64,000 bases of DNA, taken from NCBI GenBank assembly GCA_951406725.2, contig OX597831.1:4650001-4714000 (forward strand), read 5' to 3'. The notes under the pieces were generated by a model that saw nothing but the letters and a program-made list of their open reading frames with translations, ran no database searches and was not told the origin of the DNA. A program made the translations under genes and the position numbers. The stretch is from Octopus vulgaris. Its lineage: Eukaryota. Below, one piece after another: positions 1 to 12,412 of this stretch (its first letter is position 1; every line of letters begins with the position of its first letter).

Positions 1-269
1 ATTTATATTATATATATATATATATTTATATGTATCAGTTTGTGCGTGTATGTGCGCGTGAAAAATCTTTGTATGCAAATTCTAAAATCCAATAGAATGC
101 TATGAATAGGAAAGCATTGATATGAATATTAATAAGGACTGGATATTAATACAAGGAAAATGTGGTTATATCTGTATCCATATATATTTATTCACACTTT
201 GATATCACATGACAACTTTCCCCACAACCAACGCATTCTCTCCCTCTCTCCCAATCTTTCACCCACGTC

Positions 270-326
<57 letters not shown>

Positions 327-338
327 CATGCACACACA

Positions 339-373
<35 letters not shown>

Positions 374-819
374 ATTCTCTTCCACTGTGTTGTCTGTCGT
401 AAGCTTGTCCCTCGCCGAATCTGAATTTATTCATATAAGAATCCATCCTTATATACAAACATATGTACAATCGTACAAAATATACATACATGATGCGCAC
501 ATGCCTGCATACATACGTACATACAAAAACAAATATGTTTTATATGTGTGATTGTGTGCACGCGTGTGCGTGTGTGTGTCAGTGTGTGCGAGTGTTTAAT
601 GCGTTATATTTCTATATCTTTGGAAGTAGCTCTGTCTTTTTAGTTCTCCGTTTCCCCCTCTTCTTTCTTATATAAAAAATCATATATACACATAAACATA
701 TATGGCTAAATACATATATAAATACATGGATAACTACATATATACATATAAAAATACTTACATACATATAATATTGAATATTTATAACATACGTCTCTAT
801 GTGTATAAATACACACATT

Positions 820-873
<54 letters not shown>

Positions 874-943
874 CATATATATATATGAGTGTGTGTGTGT
901 ATGTATATATATATATTTATCTCTCTCTCTCACACACACACAT

Positions 944-1001
<58 letters not shown>

Positions 1002-1138
1002 ATGTATGTATTTATACTGCACCGGCAATATATGGTGGCTCCAGAGTCATCATAATGTCCCTGACTTACCAATATATTGGAATATGTGTTTGAAATCTCT
1101 CAAAGACGGAGAGACGGAGAAAGAGAAGGAAACGCGAC

Positions 1139-1180
<42 letters not shown>

Positions 1181-1350
1181 GAAGAAGAAGTAGACGAGAT
1201 GCCTATAACAGTGACAACAACAACAGCATCAAAACCTATTGCAAGAACAATAATAAAGATAACACGAAATGGTAGAGCTGCCAGTAACCATAATTGCGTT
1301 TTGAAATCTGTAAGAATTCGCTAAACCATATATTGTAATATATAACATAT

Positions 1351-1411
<61 letters not shown>

Positions 1412-1505
1412 AATATAATATAATATACATCCAGCATAAATATAATATATCACATATATAAAACATAACATGTTATACTTAATAGTTAACGTTTAACATG
1501 ATATA

Positions 1506-1538
<33 letters not shown>

Positions 1539-1684
1539 GTACACACAGTGCATTTATATAACATAATACATAATACATATATCATATATTTATATAACAT
1601 AAAATATGCAACACCTAAAGTATTGTATATGCATATATACATATATACGTATATATATATATGTATATATATATAAATATATAT

Positions 1685-1750
<66 letters not shown>

Positions 1751-1797
1751 GAAATATAATATTTAAGCTACTATTTCTACAACAAATAGTAAATATA

Positions 1798-1893
<96 letters not shown>

Positions 1894-2529
1894 TACGTGT
1901 GTGTGTGTATGTATGTATATATTATGTTGATATGCATATTATGTGTTATGCATGTTATGTAACATGCTGAAAATATAATATCTCACATGTTACATATACA
2001 TATGTACATATATCTGTGTATATATATATATATATATATACATGTTATCTATTTAACTATGTATCTATATTCTTTAACTTGCTTCAGTCATTTGACTGCG
2101 GCCATGCTGGAGCACCCCACTTTAGTCGAGCAAATCGACCCCAAGTCTCATTCTCTGTAAGCCTAGTTCTTGTAAGCCATATGATAGATAGAATACATCA
2201 TCCTCTATGCATGTCTGCTGTATTCTACTCCAGGTAAACAGTTTATGAGATTTAAAAAGGGATTTCGCTGCTGCTTCTAGCAGTTCGACTTTTCTGTTTT
2301 TGTTTGTTGTTGATGGTTGTTGGAAGTCTAGTAGTGGCCTTGTCGTTGTTTTAACTGGTCTTGTTCTTTATATTGTTGTTGTAATTGTTATGGTTGTCGC
2401 TTCTGATGCTGTTATTGATAATGATAATAATGATAATGAAAATGATAATTAGGAAGTTGATGATGAGGAGGAGGAAGTGAAAGAGGAAAAAGAAGGTTCA
2501 AAATGCAGTACATTATCATTATTGTTATT

Positions 2530-3108
2530 ATGATTTTTATTCGTTTAACTCAGGTAGTTTTGAAACTCCTGGAGTCTGGCATTGCAACCTGCAGACTACG
2601 GTTCCATGCCATCTGTTCTCTTTAAGTACCTAATATCTTGCTGGTGATTCTGGCCGTGCCAAGGAGACAAACGTTTTGCAACAGCCTCTACTGGGCACCT
2701 TTTTCCTATTACCATTATATTCCTCTTAAATGCTTCTGTTACTGTCCCCAAGGAACCAAAAATGTTTGGCACTCTCCTCGCCTTCTTTATTTTCTACTCT
2801 CAAGCTGTCTCGTATTTAAGAGAGTTTTACATGTCTGTTTTTTCACATCCTTTCATAACTATTCGCGGGTCAGAGAGGCACGCGGCACCAACTACAGAGC
2901 ACATGTGGTCTCACCTTGACCGCCACCACTAGGTCCGGCTTGTTGTACTCAAGCGCTTGGTCTGTTTGCATTGGGAAATCCCACGGTATTGTATAGGGTT
3001 CCGACTCCACCACTCTCTGTAGTTTATGATCATACCACGTGTTGCAGTTTCCAACGCAGCACTTTCGCTACCTTAGCGTGTCGCCACAACTTTATATTGG
3101 TTTTGGGC
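2530..3108 (-). mobile_element. Degenerate R4/Dong-like non-LTR retrotransposon 3' fragment (RLE endonuclease region)
   Basis: Minus-strand translation gives RHAKVAKVLRWKL...WYDHKLQRVVESEPYTIPWDFPMQTDQALEYNKPDLVV, homologous to the RHD..WD..RPD motifs of the 6.1-7.4 kb copy; abuts (TAA)n at 3109. Confidence 0.8.
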
Positions 3109-3164
3109 AAATAATAATAATAATAATGATGATGATGATGATGATGATGATGATTATGATAATG

Positions 3165-3233
<69 letters not shown>

Positions 3234-3234
3234 G

Positions 3235-4415
3235 TAATGCGCATATAGAGGAAGACAAGAAAACTATTAACTTCTAAGAACATGCACCACTCAGAAGCAG
3301 ACGTTGATCGTCTGTACCTACCCAGAAGTAATGGGGTGGGGAATGATGCAGGTAGAACTGTACTATAGAACCTCTACAATAGCAATGAACAGTTACTTAT
3401 CTAGTACAGAGCACTGGATGCTGCTTTGTACAAACACGAAAGCCGCAAAAAGTCACATCCTATTGTCAAGGAAGCTTGTAAATTCGCAAGGGAACTCGGC
3501 ATTTACTTTGAATTAGATGAATAACCTGAAACCACTGCCACTGAACAGGCAAAACGGATCAAACAGACTGCAAAAAAGAACGGAGAGAAACAAATTGATG
3601 TAAACTGAGCAACAACCCGTCACTGGCTGAGAAACTCAGGGCTGAAAGCAGAGACTGGAGGTTTCACATTGGTGGCACGAGACCAAAGCTTCTTTACCAA
3701 AAACTACCAGGCTAAGGTTTTTCAAAACGGTTCTGACTCTAAATGCAGATTCTGTGATAGATTTGACGAAACAATAGACCATCTCGTCTCGGGATGTCTT
3801 GTGCTGAAACCAAACGCGTACAAAAATCGCCACGATAGGGCAGGACTATTTACATTGAAAAATATGTAAACACTACAAAATCAGCACTCCTGCTTACTAG
3901 TATGAACATCATCCTGAGCCAGTTTTTGAAGGCAAAAATGTCACTATTCTCTGCGATTTTCCAGTCAACAACGACAGAACAATCCAGGCTAATCGATCAG
4001 ACATAGTCATTAAAGACTGGGAAGAAAATACTTGTAAACTAATAGATATGTGTTCCCACTGATAAAAATATATTTGTAAAGGAATTTGACAAATTAAGTA
4101 AATATAAGGAGCTGGAAATTGAAATGCAAAAGATGTCTTATCGCGAGAACTGTTCCTGTTATTGTGGGTGTCCTAGGTATGATAAGAAAGGGATGTCAAA
4201 AACATCTAGAACCATGTCTCAGAGAAATCAAAAAGATTGTACTAACAAGTACTGTCCACATCCGTAGAAAAACACTATCAATATAAATGTGTGCCACTGC
4301 CACGTCCCCTCCACAAGCTTTCAGTCATACTGTAACATCTCTTATCCTTCATTCGCCCCAGGACGCTGGATGTGTCTCGGCAAGTGATTGTAACAAACAT
4401 GCAGATTAAAAGTAA
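3235..4415 (+). mobile_element. Degenerate R4/Dong-like retrotransposon, RT C-terminal region plus CCHC zinc knuckle and RLE
   Basis: Frameshifted pieces such as ARDQSFFTKNYQAKVFQNGSDSKCRFCDRFDETIDHLVSGC...YKNRHDRAG; flanked by (TAA)n upstream and (TAG/TAA)n downstream. Confidence 0.85.
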
Positions 4416-4460
4416 ATAGTAGTAGTAGTAGTAGTAGTAGTTACAATAATAATAATAATC

Positions 4461-4680
4461 CTTAATCCTTTCTACCATAGGCACAAGGCCTGAAATTTGG
4501 GGGGAAGGGGCTTGTCGATCACATCGACCCCAGTGCTTGACCGGTACTTAATTTATCGACTCCGAAGCGATGAAAAGCAAAGTCAAGTTCGGCGAAATTT
4601 GAACTCAGAACGTAGTGACGGGCGAAATACCTCGAAGCACTTCGCCCAGCGTGCTAACGATTCTACCAACACGCCACCTT
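4461..4680 (-). mobile_element. SINE family B (tRNA-like head, Nin/Deu-like core)
   Basis: Diverged reverse complement of the aaggcggcgagctggcagaa...gagttcaaatt...gtcgataaattaagtacc...ggccttgtgcct consensus seen many times in this window. Confidence 0.85.
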
Positions 4681-4715
4681 TATGCCAGGTCGCCACCTTT
4701 ATACCAGCTTCCCGC

Positions 4716-4786
<71 letters not shown>

Positions 4787-4834
4787 CGGACAAGAAGTTA
4801 GAAAATAATAGACCAGACATAACAATTATAGATA

Positions 4835-5172
4835 AGAAAAAGCGAAGTTGCTTATTTATCGACCCATCATGACCATTTGATTCCAGGATCGTAAAGTAAG
4901 GGGGAGAAAAATTACAATCCCTTAAAATTTGAAATCGGAAGAATTTGGAGCATGAGAACAGTAAATGTGCGTTGGAAACAGTAAGTAAAGATACAAAATG
5001 GCTGAAGGAGAATGAAATAGAATACCCGGTAGAGCTCCTGTGGAAAATTTATCTCTTAGGGACAACAAAGATTATCAGGAGAATTGTAATCACTTGATAG
5101 ACTGCTGAAAACTTGTGAATATTTAAAGCTACTGGTAGTAACCTGCTACCTACATAAATTCTACCAGGAATT
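4835..5172 (+). mobile_element. Degenerate RLE-LINE 3' end fragment
   Basis: Remnant LKFEIGRIWSMRTV and LGTTKIIR motifs resemble the C-terminus of the other copies; lies between TAA tracts. Confidence 0.55.
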
Positions 5173-5177
5173 TATTA

Positions 5178-5245
<68 letters not shown>

Positions 5246-5279
5246 GTTGTTGTTGTTTTTGTTGTTGTTGTTATTATTG

Positions 5280-5545
5280 TTTTTTCCCTTCTTTCTTCAA
5301 ATTTTATTCCATTTCTCGCCGAGTGTTTTTCGTACACCTAGGGCAGAGAAGCTCATTGTATGCATTCCCAGATTACACACGCAAATTCACAGGTAAAATA
5401 TGTATTTAAGAGAATTAATAAATAAATAAATTCATGAATGGATGTTGTTTTCACAGCGATAATGCTCTTCTCAGTTCACGATTTTTTGCACTTCCTGTAG
5501 GGATGGTAAGCCTGGTATCATTTTCAAATAGGTTTCAGTACCTTT
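5280..5545 (-). mobile_element. RLE-LINE 3' terminal fragment
   Basis: TETYLKMIPGLPSLQEVQKIV on the minus strand; 3' UTR similar to 7420-7560; bounded by (TTA)n on both sides. Confidence 0.7.
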
Positions 5546-5576
5546 TATTATTATTATTATTATGAATATTATTATT

Positions 5577-6047
5577 GAGTGAGAGAGCAGTTCATGCCAT
5601 CAAAGTGACACTGGGGTAAAATATACGAAGCCCAATATACCCATCATGACTACCCGTCTGATAAAGGTACACCAGGCACATGCATCACAACCATATGTGC
5701 GCGACATGGTGATCTCATATCAAGATAAACAGCACATGACCTTGCAGGTGGGGCCCAGTTAGAATTTTCTTCAGGTTGAGTAGCCCATCCCGCTGAAACG
5801 GTCCCTGAATAAGGGTTGTTTAAGGATGTTGAAAGAACCACCCATGTTTCCAGAGGTGAACTATTCAAACCCCAAAGAATCCCTCTCAACACATGGCTAT
5901 GATGCTCCCCAACTACTTCTGCTCGTGATCAGAGATGCACATATCGTCAGCCACTAAGGGACATGCTCAACTGGTTCCGGTCAAACAACTGACAAGCAAA
6001 TCTGTGGTATTGAGCAGAATATTTGCTGTAGCCCATTTTTTATACCA
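5577..6047 (-). mobile_element. Unclassified ~470-bp non-coding element inside (TAA)n (LINE 3' UTR or LINE-dependent SINE)
   Basis: Higher-GC, non-microsatellite block bounded precisely by TTA repeats on both sides; no ORF homologous to the RLE copies. Confidence 0.5.
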
Positions 6048-6075
<28 letters not shown>

Positions 6076-6078
<3 letters not shown>

Positions 6079-7358
6079 TAGTTTTATTTTTATAGCGTGC
6101 TTTCACTTCACTACCGAGCGCAGCTCTGTGTGCCTTGGGTATGTGCTGTGATTTGTTGTGATGCTCTGATGGTTATTGTATGGAAAGTGCTCTGCGTAGG
6201 ATGTGTGCAGTGCCTAGTAGTGCAATTTTCTGTATGATATATGTGTTTGTAAGTCCTGGTGTTTTTGTTATGTATTTGTCTGAATATTTTTTTATCATGC
6301 CTAATGCACCTACTATGATAGGAATTGTTTCTGTTTTCAGATTCCACATTCTAGTTACCTCTATTTCCAGGTCTTTGTATTTTGAGAGTTTCTCCATTTC
6401 TTTTAGAGACACGTTGTCATCTGCCGGTATTGATACATCAATTAGAAAGCATTTTTTTCTTCATGATCTCTGACAACTATATCTGGTCTGTTGGCCTTAA
6501 TTTCTCTATCTGTGTGTATCAGCATATCCCAGAGTATGGTTGCTTTCTCGTTTTCTGTAACCTTTTCTGGTGTGTGCCTATACCATCTTTTTTCTGTTGT
6601 TATTCCATAATGTTGGCATAGCTTCCAGTGTATGTAGGTTCCAACTCTGTCATGTCTGTGAATATATTCCTTCTTAGCCAGGACTGGGCAGCTAGAGATA
6701 ATATGATTTATTGTTTCTTGTCCATCTCCACATATTCTGCAGTTACTTGTAATATTTCTTTTCATTACATGTTTTTGGTAATTTCTGGTGGGGAGGCTTT
6801 GGTCTTGTGCTGCAATTAAAAATCCCTCTGTTTCTGCTTTGAGTCCTGAGCTTCTCAACCATTGCTGGGATCTTTCTTTGTCTATTTCTTTTGCGTTTAG
6901 TTTAGTGCAGTATTTACCATGAAGGGGCTTTTCTTGCCATCGTTTTATCATGGTTCGTTGCTGTTCTATTTTTAGTTTGGATTTCATTTGTTTTATAGCT
7001 TTTGTTGTTTTTTCATCATCTTCTTCTTCTTCTTCGTGTTTATTAGGTGGTATGATTTCTTGTTTGTATTTGTCAGCTTCCTTAAATACTGAGAACAGTT
7101 TTTTGTTTTGCTCGTGTTTTGCTGCTATCTGGATCAGTTTTCCTTCCTTCTGAAGTAGGTATTTTTGCAGTCCTATGGTGGTTATTTTATAGTAGTTTTC
7201 CAGCTGTATAAGGCCTCTACCACCTTCTATACGTTGTATATATAGTCTTTCTATGTCAGATTTTGGGTGATGCATCCTAGATCCTGTCAGTATTTTTCTT
7301 GTTTTCCTATCTATTTTGGACAGTTCATTTCGTGTCCAGTTAAGGATATTGTAGCTGT
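6076..7358 (-). mobile_element. Young 5'-truncated R4/Dong-clade non-LTR retrotransposon (RT C-terminal region, CCHC, RLE nuclease, 3' UTR)
   Basis: ORF 6442-7473: MHHPKSDIERLYI..GGRGL, WQEKPLHG, GLKAETEGFLIAAQDQ, CRICGDGQETINHIISSC, RHD, RPDIV; continues after a 1-nt frameshift in an A-run (~6452) into KYKDLEIE..IPIIVGALG..LLGTAHILRRAL (6173-6412); (TAA)n on both flanks. Confidence 0.95.
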
Positions 7359-7359
7359 A

Positions 7360-7419
<60 letters not shown>

Positions 7420-7421
<2 letters not shown>

Positions 7422-8690
7422 TTTTTCTTCTTTCAATTTTGTTTCCATTTCTTGTCGAGTGTCTTCTCGACACCTAGTGCAAAGAACCTCACTGCATACA
7501 TTGGGAGGCCATCATAATAAAAACACAAGAGCGTTCGTTTACAAAATCAAATGAACTTACGTAAAAAAGATAATTACATGGAAGGTTTTCGTTCTCTCAG
7601 TCGCAATGCTCTTCTCAATACGTGTGACTTACATGTTAAAACAATCTTTTGTGGGGATCGGTCTCAAATAATATTCAGTTCCTTTTCCGATCTTCCAAGT
7701 GCTCTAAGAATCATTCGTATATTAACTGCCTTGAGATGCCACGTGTTTTCCTTTTCAGTCAGCAAATATTTATATTTTCTGGGTTCTCAAATTCTTTTGC
7801 TGAGACATTATGATCACAAGGAAAGCTCATGTTGATAAATAGAGTTTATTAATTTAGTCTTATACAACAATATTTGTTTTATAAGCTTTGGTGGTTCTGT
7901 TCGTATGTACTGGAAAGACCGAAAGGATCACTACACTTTCTCCCTCAGTTACGGTCTCAGGTTAGTGATTATACAACATGTCAATAGATTTAGTTATATA
8001 ATGTCGAAATATTAACCAGTGTAGATATTGGTCAACTTTGTCATGTCTTGACTTATACTCTAATAGTGCTAAAAATTTACATACAGTGATTAAGGGGTCC
8101 CCTGTTTCAATCTTATCGTTGTAGAATCAGCACTTTGGATCTATTCCCTTTTTCATCACATTGGCTTGGTAGTTTCGGGTCAATAAAATTTGATCGTGAG
8201 CAGCTGAGATAAAACCTTCGCTCTCTGCTTTTAGTCCTGAGTTCCGTAGCCACTGATGGGTGTATCTCTGGTCGACATCAGTTTGTTTGCTACTGGTCAC
8301 ATATTGGCCATGCAGATATTTCTGCTCCCATCTACCTGCCAATTGTCCTTGTGCTTTTTTTCTAAGCCGTTAATTTTACCTTCATTGCAATAACAGTTGT
8401 CATACTTCTCTAAGACTGTTCAGCCTGGGTGTCATGCAGGAAACCAACCGCAAATTTTTTACTCTACTTCTTACGCCTCGTGATTTTCAACAAGTTTTAG
8501 AATCCATTCGTTAGTTATTTTAAGTTATTTGACCTGTCCAATGGTGGCGATTTTCTAAAAAAGTACAAACTGGATCAGGCCACAACCTCTCTAGGCTCTG
8601 CAGAGATAAAATCATTGCATGTGTGCTTTTGGGTGGTTTCAAGTCAGTAGCATACGAATTTTTCTACTAATTTTCTTCATTCCAATACTA
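7420..8690 (-). mobile_element. Degenerate R4/Dong-like retrotransposon
   Basis: ORF 8127-8342 WEQKYLHGQY...QWLRNSGLKAESEGFISAAHDQILLTRNYQ...KC; 3' end abuts (TTA)n. Confidence 0.85.
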
Positions 8691-8711
8691 CTGCAGCTGG
8701 TGCTGCTGCTG

Positions 8712-8814
<103 letters not shown>

Positions 8815-9392
8815 TTTATTATTAACTTCACATCAATCCGAACTTTTGTATAACCAACCCTGTTATGGGTTTGTTTGTTTTTCTTGTTGTTTAATTGTAA
8901 TTAATCGGGGAATGATAATTAAACTTTATATATTAATGACTTAATAACATGACTTCAAGTAATGTTTGTTTAATATGCGAAATAAATAATATTATAGTTA
9001 ATTAGCCTTTTTCTCACTCATTGCATATTTATATTTTCATTATTATTACTTGTTTTTTTTTTTTTGTAAACTTCGCAAGTGGGAGTCTTTTTGAAGCTAT
9101 CACACACCATCATTCATAGTTCAAAGCCTGTCCTTCCATTTCTCACCCGCAATCTAATTTCCTACATGTAATATATAGTCATTTATTATCATTATCAATA
9201 TTGATAGCTATTATTATATCTTCGAGGTAGGGGTGGGGGGCAGGGGGCAGAGGAAAATGTTTATGACGTCATCCTCTCTGATTTTCTAAATGGCTCCAAT
9301 GTTGAAAAAGTATTTGTTAGTAGTTTCAGTCTCAAGTTACATGGTTTTATAATTGCTAGTGCCGATGTGATTTACTGTTTTGGGAAGAGAAG

Positions 9393-9424
<32 letters not shown>

Positions 9425-9427
9425 TCT

Positions 9428-9491
<64 letters not shown>

Positions 9492-9733
9492 AGTGAATTG
9501 AAGAAATGGAGTTGAACGAAGATTTGAACAAAATATTTTAATGCATCGCTACGCGCATTTCCACAAATCACATGTTTCGATTGAATAATGAGACCATATT
9601 GTGTCTTTCTCTTCAGGAAGAAATAGGAAATCCGTTGGAAAAAACAAAAACAGAACAGAGGCGGAGCAAAACAAATCGAACTAGGCTCCTAAGAGCCCAT
9701 GGCCAAACCCGCTTCGTCAAGAAACTGCTATTT

Positions 9734-9772
<39 letters not shown>

Positions 9773-9859
9773 TTATTATATAGAAGGAGCTTCTAATTTT
9801 ACTCTGCTATGTATTGAGTACCTTACTTACTGTGGTTAACCCCGAATCAACCCGGGACC

Positions 9860-9899
<40 letters not shown>

Positions 9900-10085
9900 A
9901 ATAATGACAGTAATCCTTGGTTGGAATTTGTAAAATATCTTAATGCATACGATTTCCACAAATCACATGTTTCTTATAATCACAGTCCATACTCCTGTGA
10001 TTTTAAGAGACATGTAATTTGTGGAAACGCGCTAGCGATGATTAAAATATTTATAATTTCCACCAATGATTATTGTTATTGTCAC
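9900..10085. repeat. Imperfect fold-back of a short repeat family (related copy 9525-9590)
   Basis: atttccacaaatcacatgtttctt ... aagagacatgtaatttgtggaaa, with outer arms also complementary; adjacent to (TA)n. Confidence 0.6.
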
Positions 10086-10289
10086 CATGTTTATCTTACA
10101 TTGTAACGGTACTGCTCAATGCAAGCCCCAAAAGTGGTTCACCGGTCAGCATCATTAGACTGTGGCCGACCATAATACAGCAGGAGCTTTATTTGCATAT
10201 TCAAAACGTTCCCCGTACTCTCTCTTTGATTCCTTGCCCCCTGCTTTTCTTTCTCTTTCTTCCGCACTCTCACGTGACTGCCTTCAAAC

Positions 10290-10720
10290 TGGTCTTTTCG
10301 GCTTGACCGCTGCCATGTTAACACTGTTGTCTTCGTTTGCCGCAAAGGCATTTTTTCAAATACGCCAGCCAAGATAAGTTAAAAAATGTCTGAAGTCATA
10401 AGACATCCGCTGTTTTGTCCTGTTATTACTATTCTTGTTTTTTATTTCTATTTTTTGTTTCTTGTATTTATATTCGTGTGGCATCCTGTCCTTGTTTCGT
10501 ATACATTCGATCCTCTTTCCAAGAAATCTAATGCCCGTAGCTTAGTTTTTCTTTGGGGCTGGCCGTATCGGAGCGATATCAGGATTAATCAGCCGAAATT
10601 GCTAAGATGATCCGGTTCCCGACTGAAGATTGTAACGGTATGACCCGTCTGTTTTTTTGTGTCGTCTCTTTGTGTGTTTTTGTGTTCTTGTCCCATTTTG
10701 TAATTTATATTTAATTTCTA
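10290..10720 (+). repeat. Interspersed repeat (second copy 50340-50780) ending at (TA)n; possible Penelope-like terminus
   Basis: Shared aag(a/g)aatctaat...tagcttagtttttc...aatcagccgaaattgc...atgacccgtc...ttcttgtcccatttt blocks. Confidence 0.6.
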
Positions 10721-10747
10721 TACATATATATATATATATATATATAT

Positions 10748-11357
10748 AACAATAATAAATCTCTGAGCGAGATATAAACAGTAACTGCTCTATAACATAA
10801 GGGGGATCAGCCATCTGAATGTGGCTAGGGACAGGGCGGGGTGGTGGGTGTGTTACTGATGCATTTAGCCCCAGGCGATCATCAACGTCACCAGAAGGGC
10901 TGACACCATCTCGGTGTCCTTGCCAGCCTGCAAAGGGAGATCAGCCTCCCCGAAGATACGGATACTACATACGGACTGATCTCCCTTTGCAGGCTGGCAA
11001 GGACACCGAGATGGTGTCAGCCCTTCTGATGACGTTGATGATCGCCTGGGGCTAAATGCATCAGTAACACACCCACCACCCCGCCCTGTCCCTAGCCACA
11101 TTCAGATGGCTGATCCCCTTATGTTATAGAGCAGTTACTGTTTATATCTCGCTCAGAGATTTATTATTGTTGTCGAACGGTTTTTCTACATCAGTGACTG
11201 TGGTTACTGTGAAAATCCATATATATCCAGCCTGTAGAGGAAGTCCCTCAACGAAGAGCGGTGCTTACCATACGTTGATAAGAGGCAAATACCTCGAAAC
11301 CGGTCCGTATGTAGTATCTGTATCTTCGGGGAGGCTGATCTCCCTTTGCAGGCTGGA
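10748..11357 (+). mobile_element. Hammerhead-bearing non-autonomous element (Penelope-like/retrozyme-like): ~197-bp inverted repeat plus ~359-bp partial tandem unit
   Basis: Arms 10748-10944 and 10976-11171 differ by one substitution and one indel; ctgatctccctttgcaggctgg recurs at 10976 and 11335; hammerhead at 11269-11311. Confidence 0.8.
11269..11311 (+). ncRNA. Minimal type-I hammerhead ribozyme, U3-A8 core variant
   Basis: catacg-TTGATAA-gagg caaata cctc-GAAA-ccgg-TC-cgtatg: 6-bp stem I, 4-bp stem II, palindromic stem III, GUC triplet. Confidence 0.8.
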
Positions 11358-11533
11358 TCGCTAGCCACTAGGCATTCTTTATTTTCTCTCCTTGTCTCTT
11401 TCTATGTTCTTTTCTGTGGAAGAGTGTAGGCTCGAAACGTTAAAGATTTTCACTTCCTGAGCGTTAAGCTAATACATCTGTTTGTTGGCTACACCACCTG
11501 TCTTCGTCTTTTGTTTTTTTGTGAATTCTCCCC
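11358..11533 (+). mobile_element. Penelope-like terminal repeat with degenerate minimal hammerhead (11408-11446), ending at (TA)n
   Basis: tctttt-CTGTGGA-agagtgtaggctc-GAAACGTT-aaaga; homologous to 53855-54049. Confidence 0.65.
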
Positions 11534-11557
11534 TATATATATATATGATTGATTGAT

Positions 11558-11596
<39 letters not shown>

Positions 11597-11628
11597 AACA
11601 CACTCACATATAAATGTAACACACACAC

Positions 11629-11691
<63 letters not shown>

Positions 11692-12012
11692 TAGATAGAT
11701 AGATAGCTAATAAATGGTGGCTGTCATCTTTGATAAAACAGTCTTGAAAGGCCAATACCAGCATAAGTTCAATGTAAAAAACTGCCATTTACAGTAAAAT
11801 GTAAAAAACTGTCATAATACAGTAATACTCATACACAACAGTGGTAGAGAAGCGCAATCTCTCGTTTGTTGTCGTCCAAATATCACCACAATTTTGACAC
11901 CTATGATTAAAATGTTGCAGAAAAAATCGCAAGATGAATTCTTCTGTTCAAACCAGCCTGCAGAAATCTCGGGGATCACCAAGAGCAAATTGGTTGGGTA
12001 ATATTCATAATC

Positions 12013-12412
12013 CAAAAGGCGGTGAGCTGGCAGAAACGTTAGCACGCCGGGTGAATTGCTTAGCGGTATTTCGTCTGCCGCTACGTTCTGAGTTCAAATT
12101 CCGCCGAGGTCAACTTTGCATTTCATCCTTTCGGGGTCGATAAATTAAGTACCAGTTACGCACTGGAGTCGGTATAATCGACTTAATCCGTTTTTCTGTC
12201 CTTGTTTGTCCTCTTTGTGATAGCCTCTTGTGGGTAGTAAAGAAATAGGTATTTCGTCTGCCGCTACGTTCTGAGTTCAAATTCCGCCGAGGTCAACTTT
12301 GCATTTCATCCTTTCGGGGTCGATAAATTAGGTAACAGTTGCGTATTGGGGTCGATCTAATCGACTGGGCCCCTCTCCCAATATTTCAAGCCTTGTACTC
12401 GGAGCAGAAAAG
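12013..12412 (+). mobile_element. SINE family B, internally duplicated (dimeric) copy with 13-bp TSD
   Basis: A/B-box-like head, core gcatttcatcctttcggggtcgataaatta present twice; TSD aatattcataatc at 12000-12012 and 12413-12425. Confidence 0.9.

Noticed and set aside
10540-10650. ggctg..cagcc-GAAA stem in the 10.3/50.3-kb family
   Set aside because: No CUGANGA-like core upstream in either copy
10819-11101. Twin 78-aa ORFs on opposite strands
   Set aside because: Artefact of the inverted repeat
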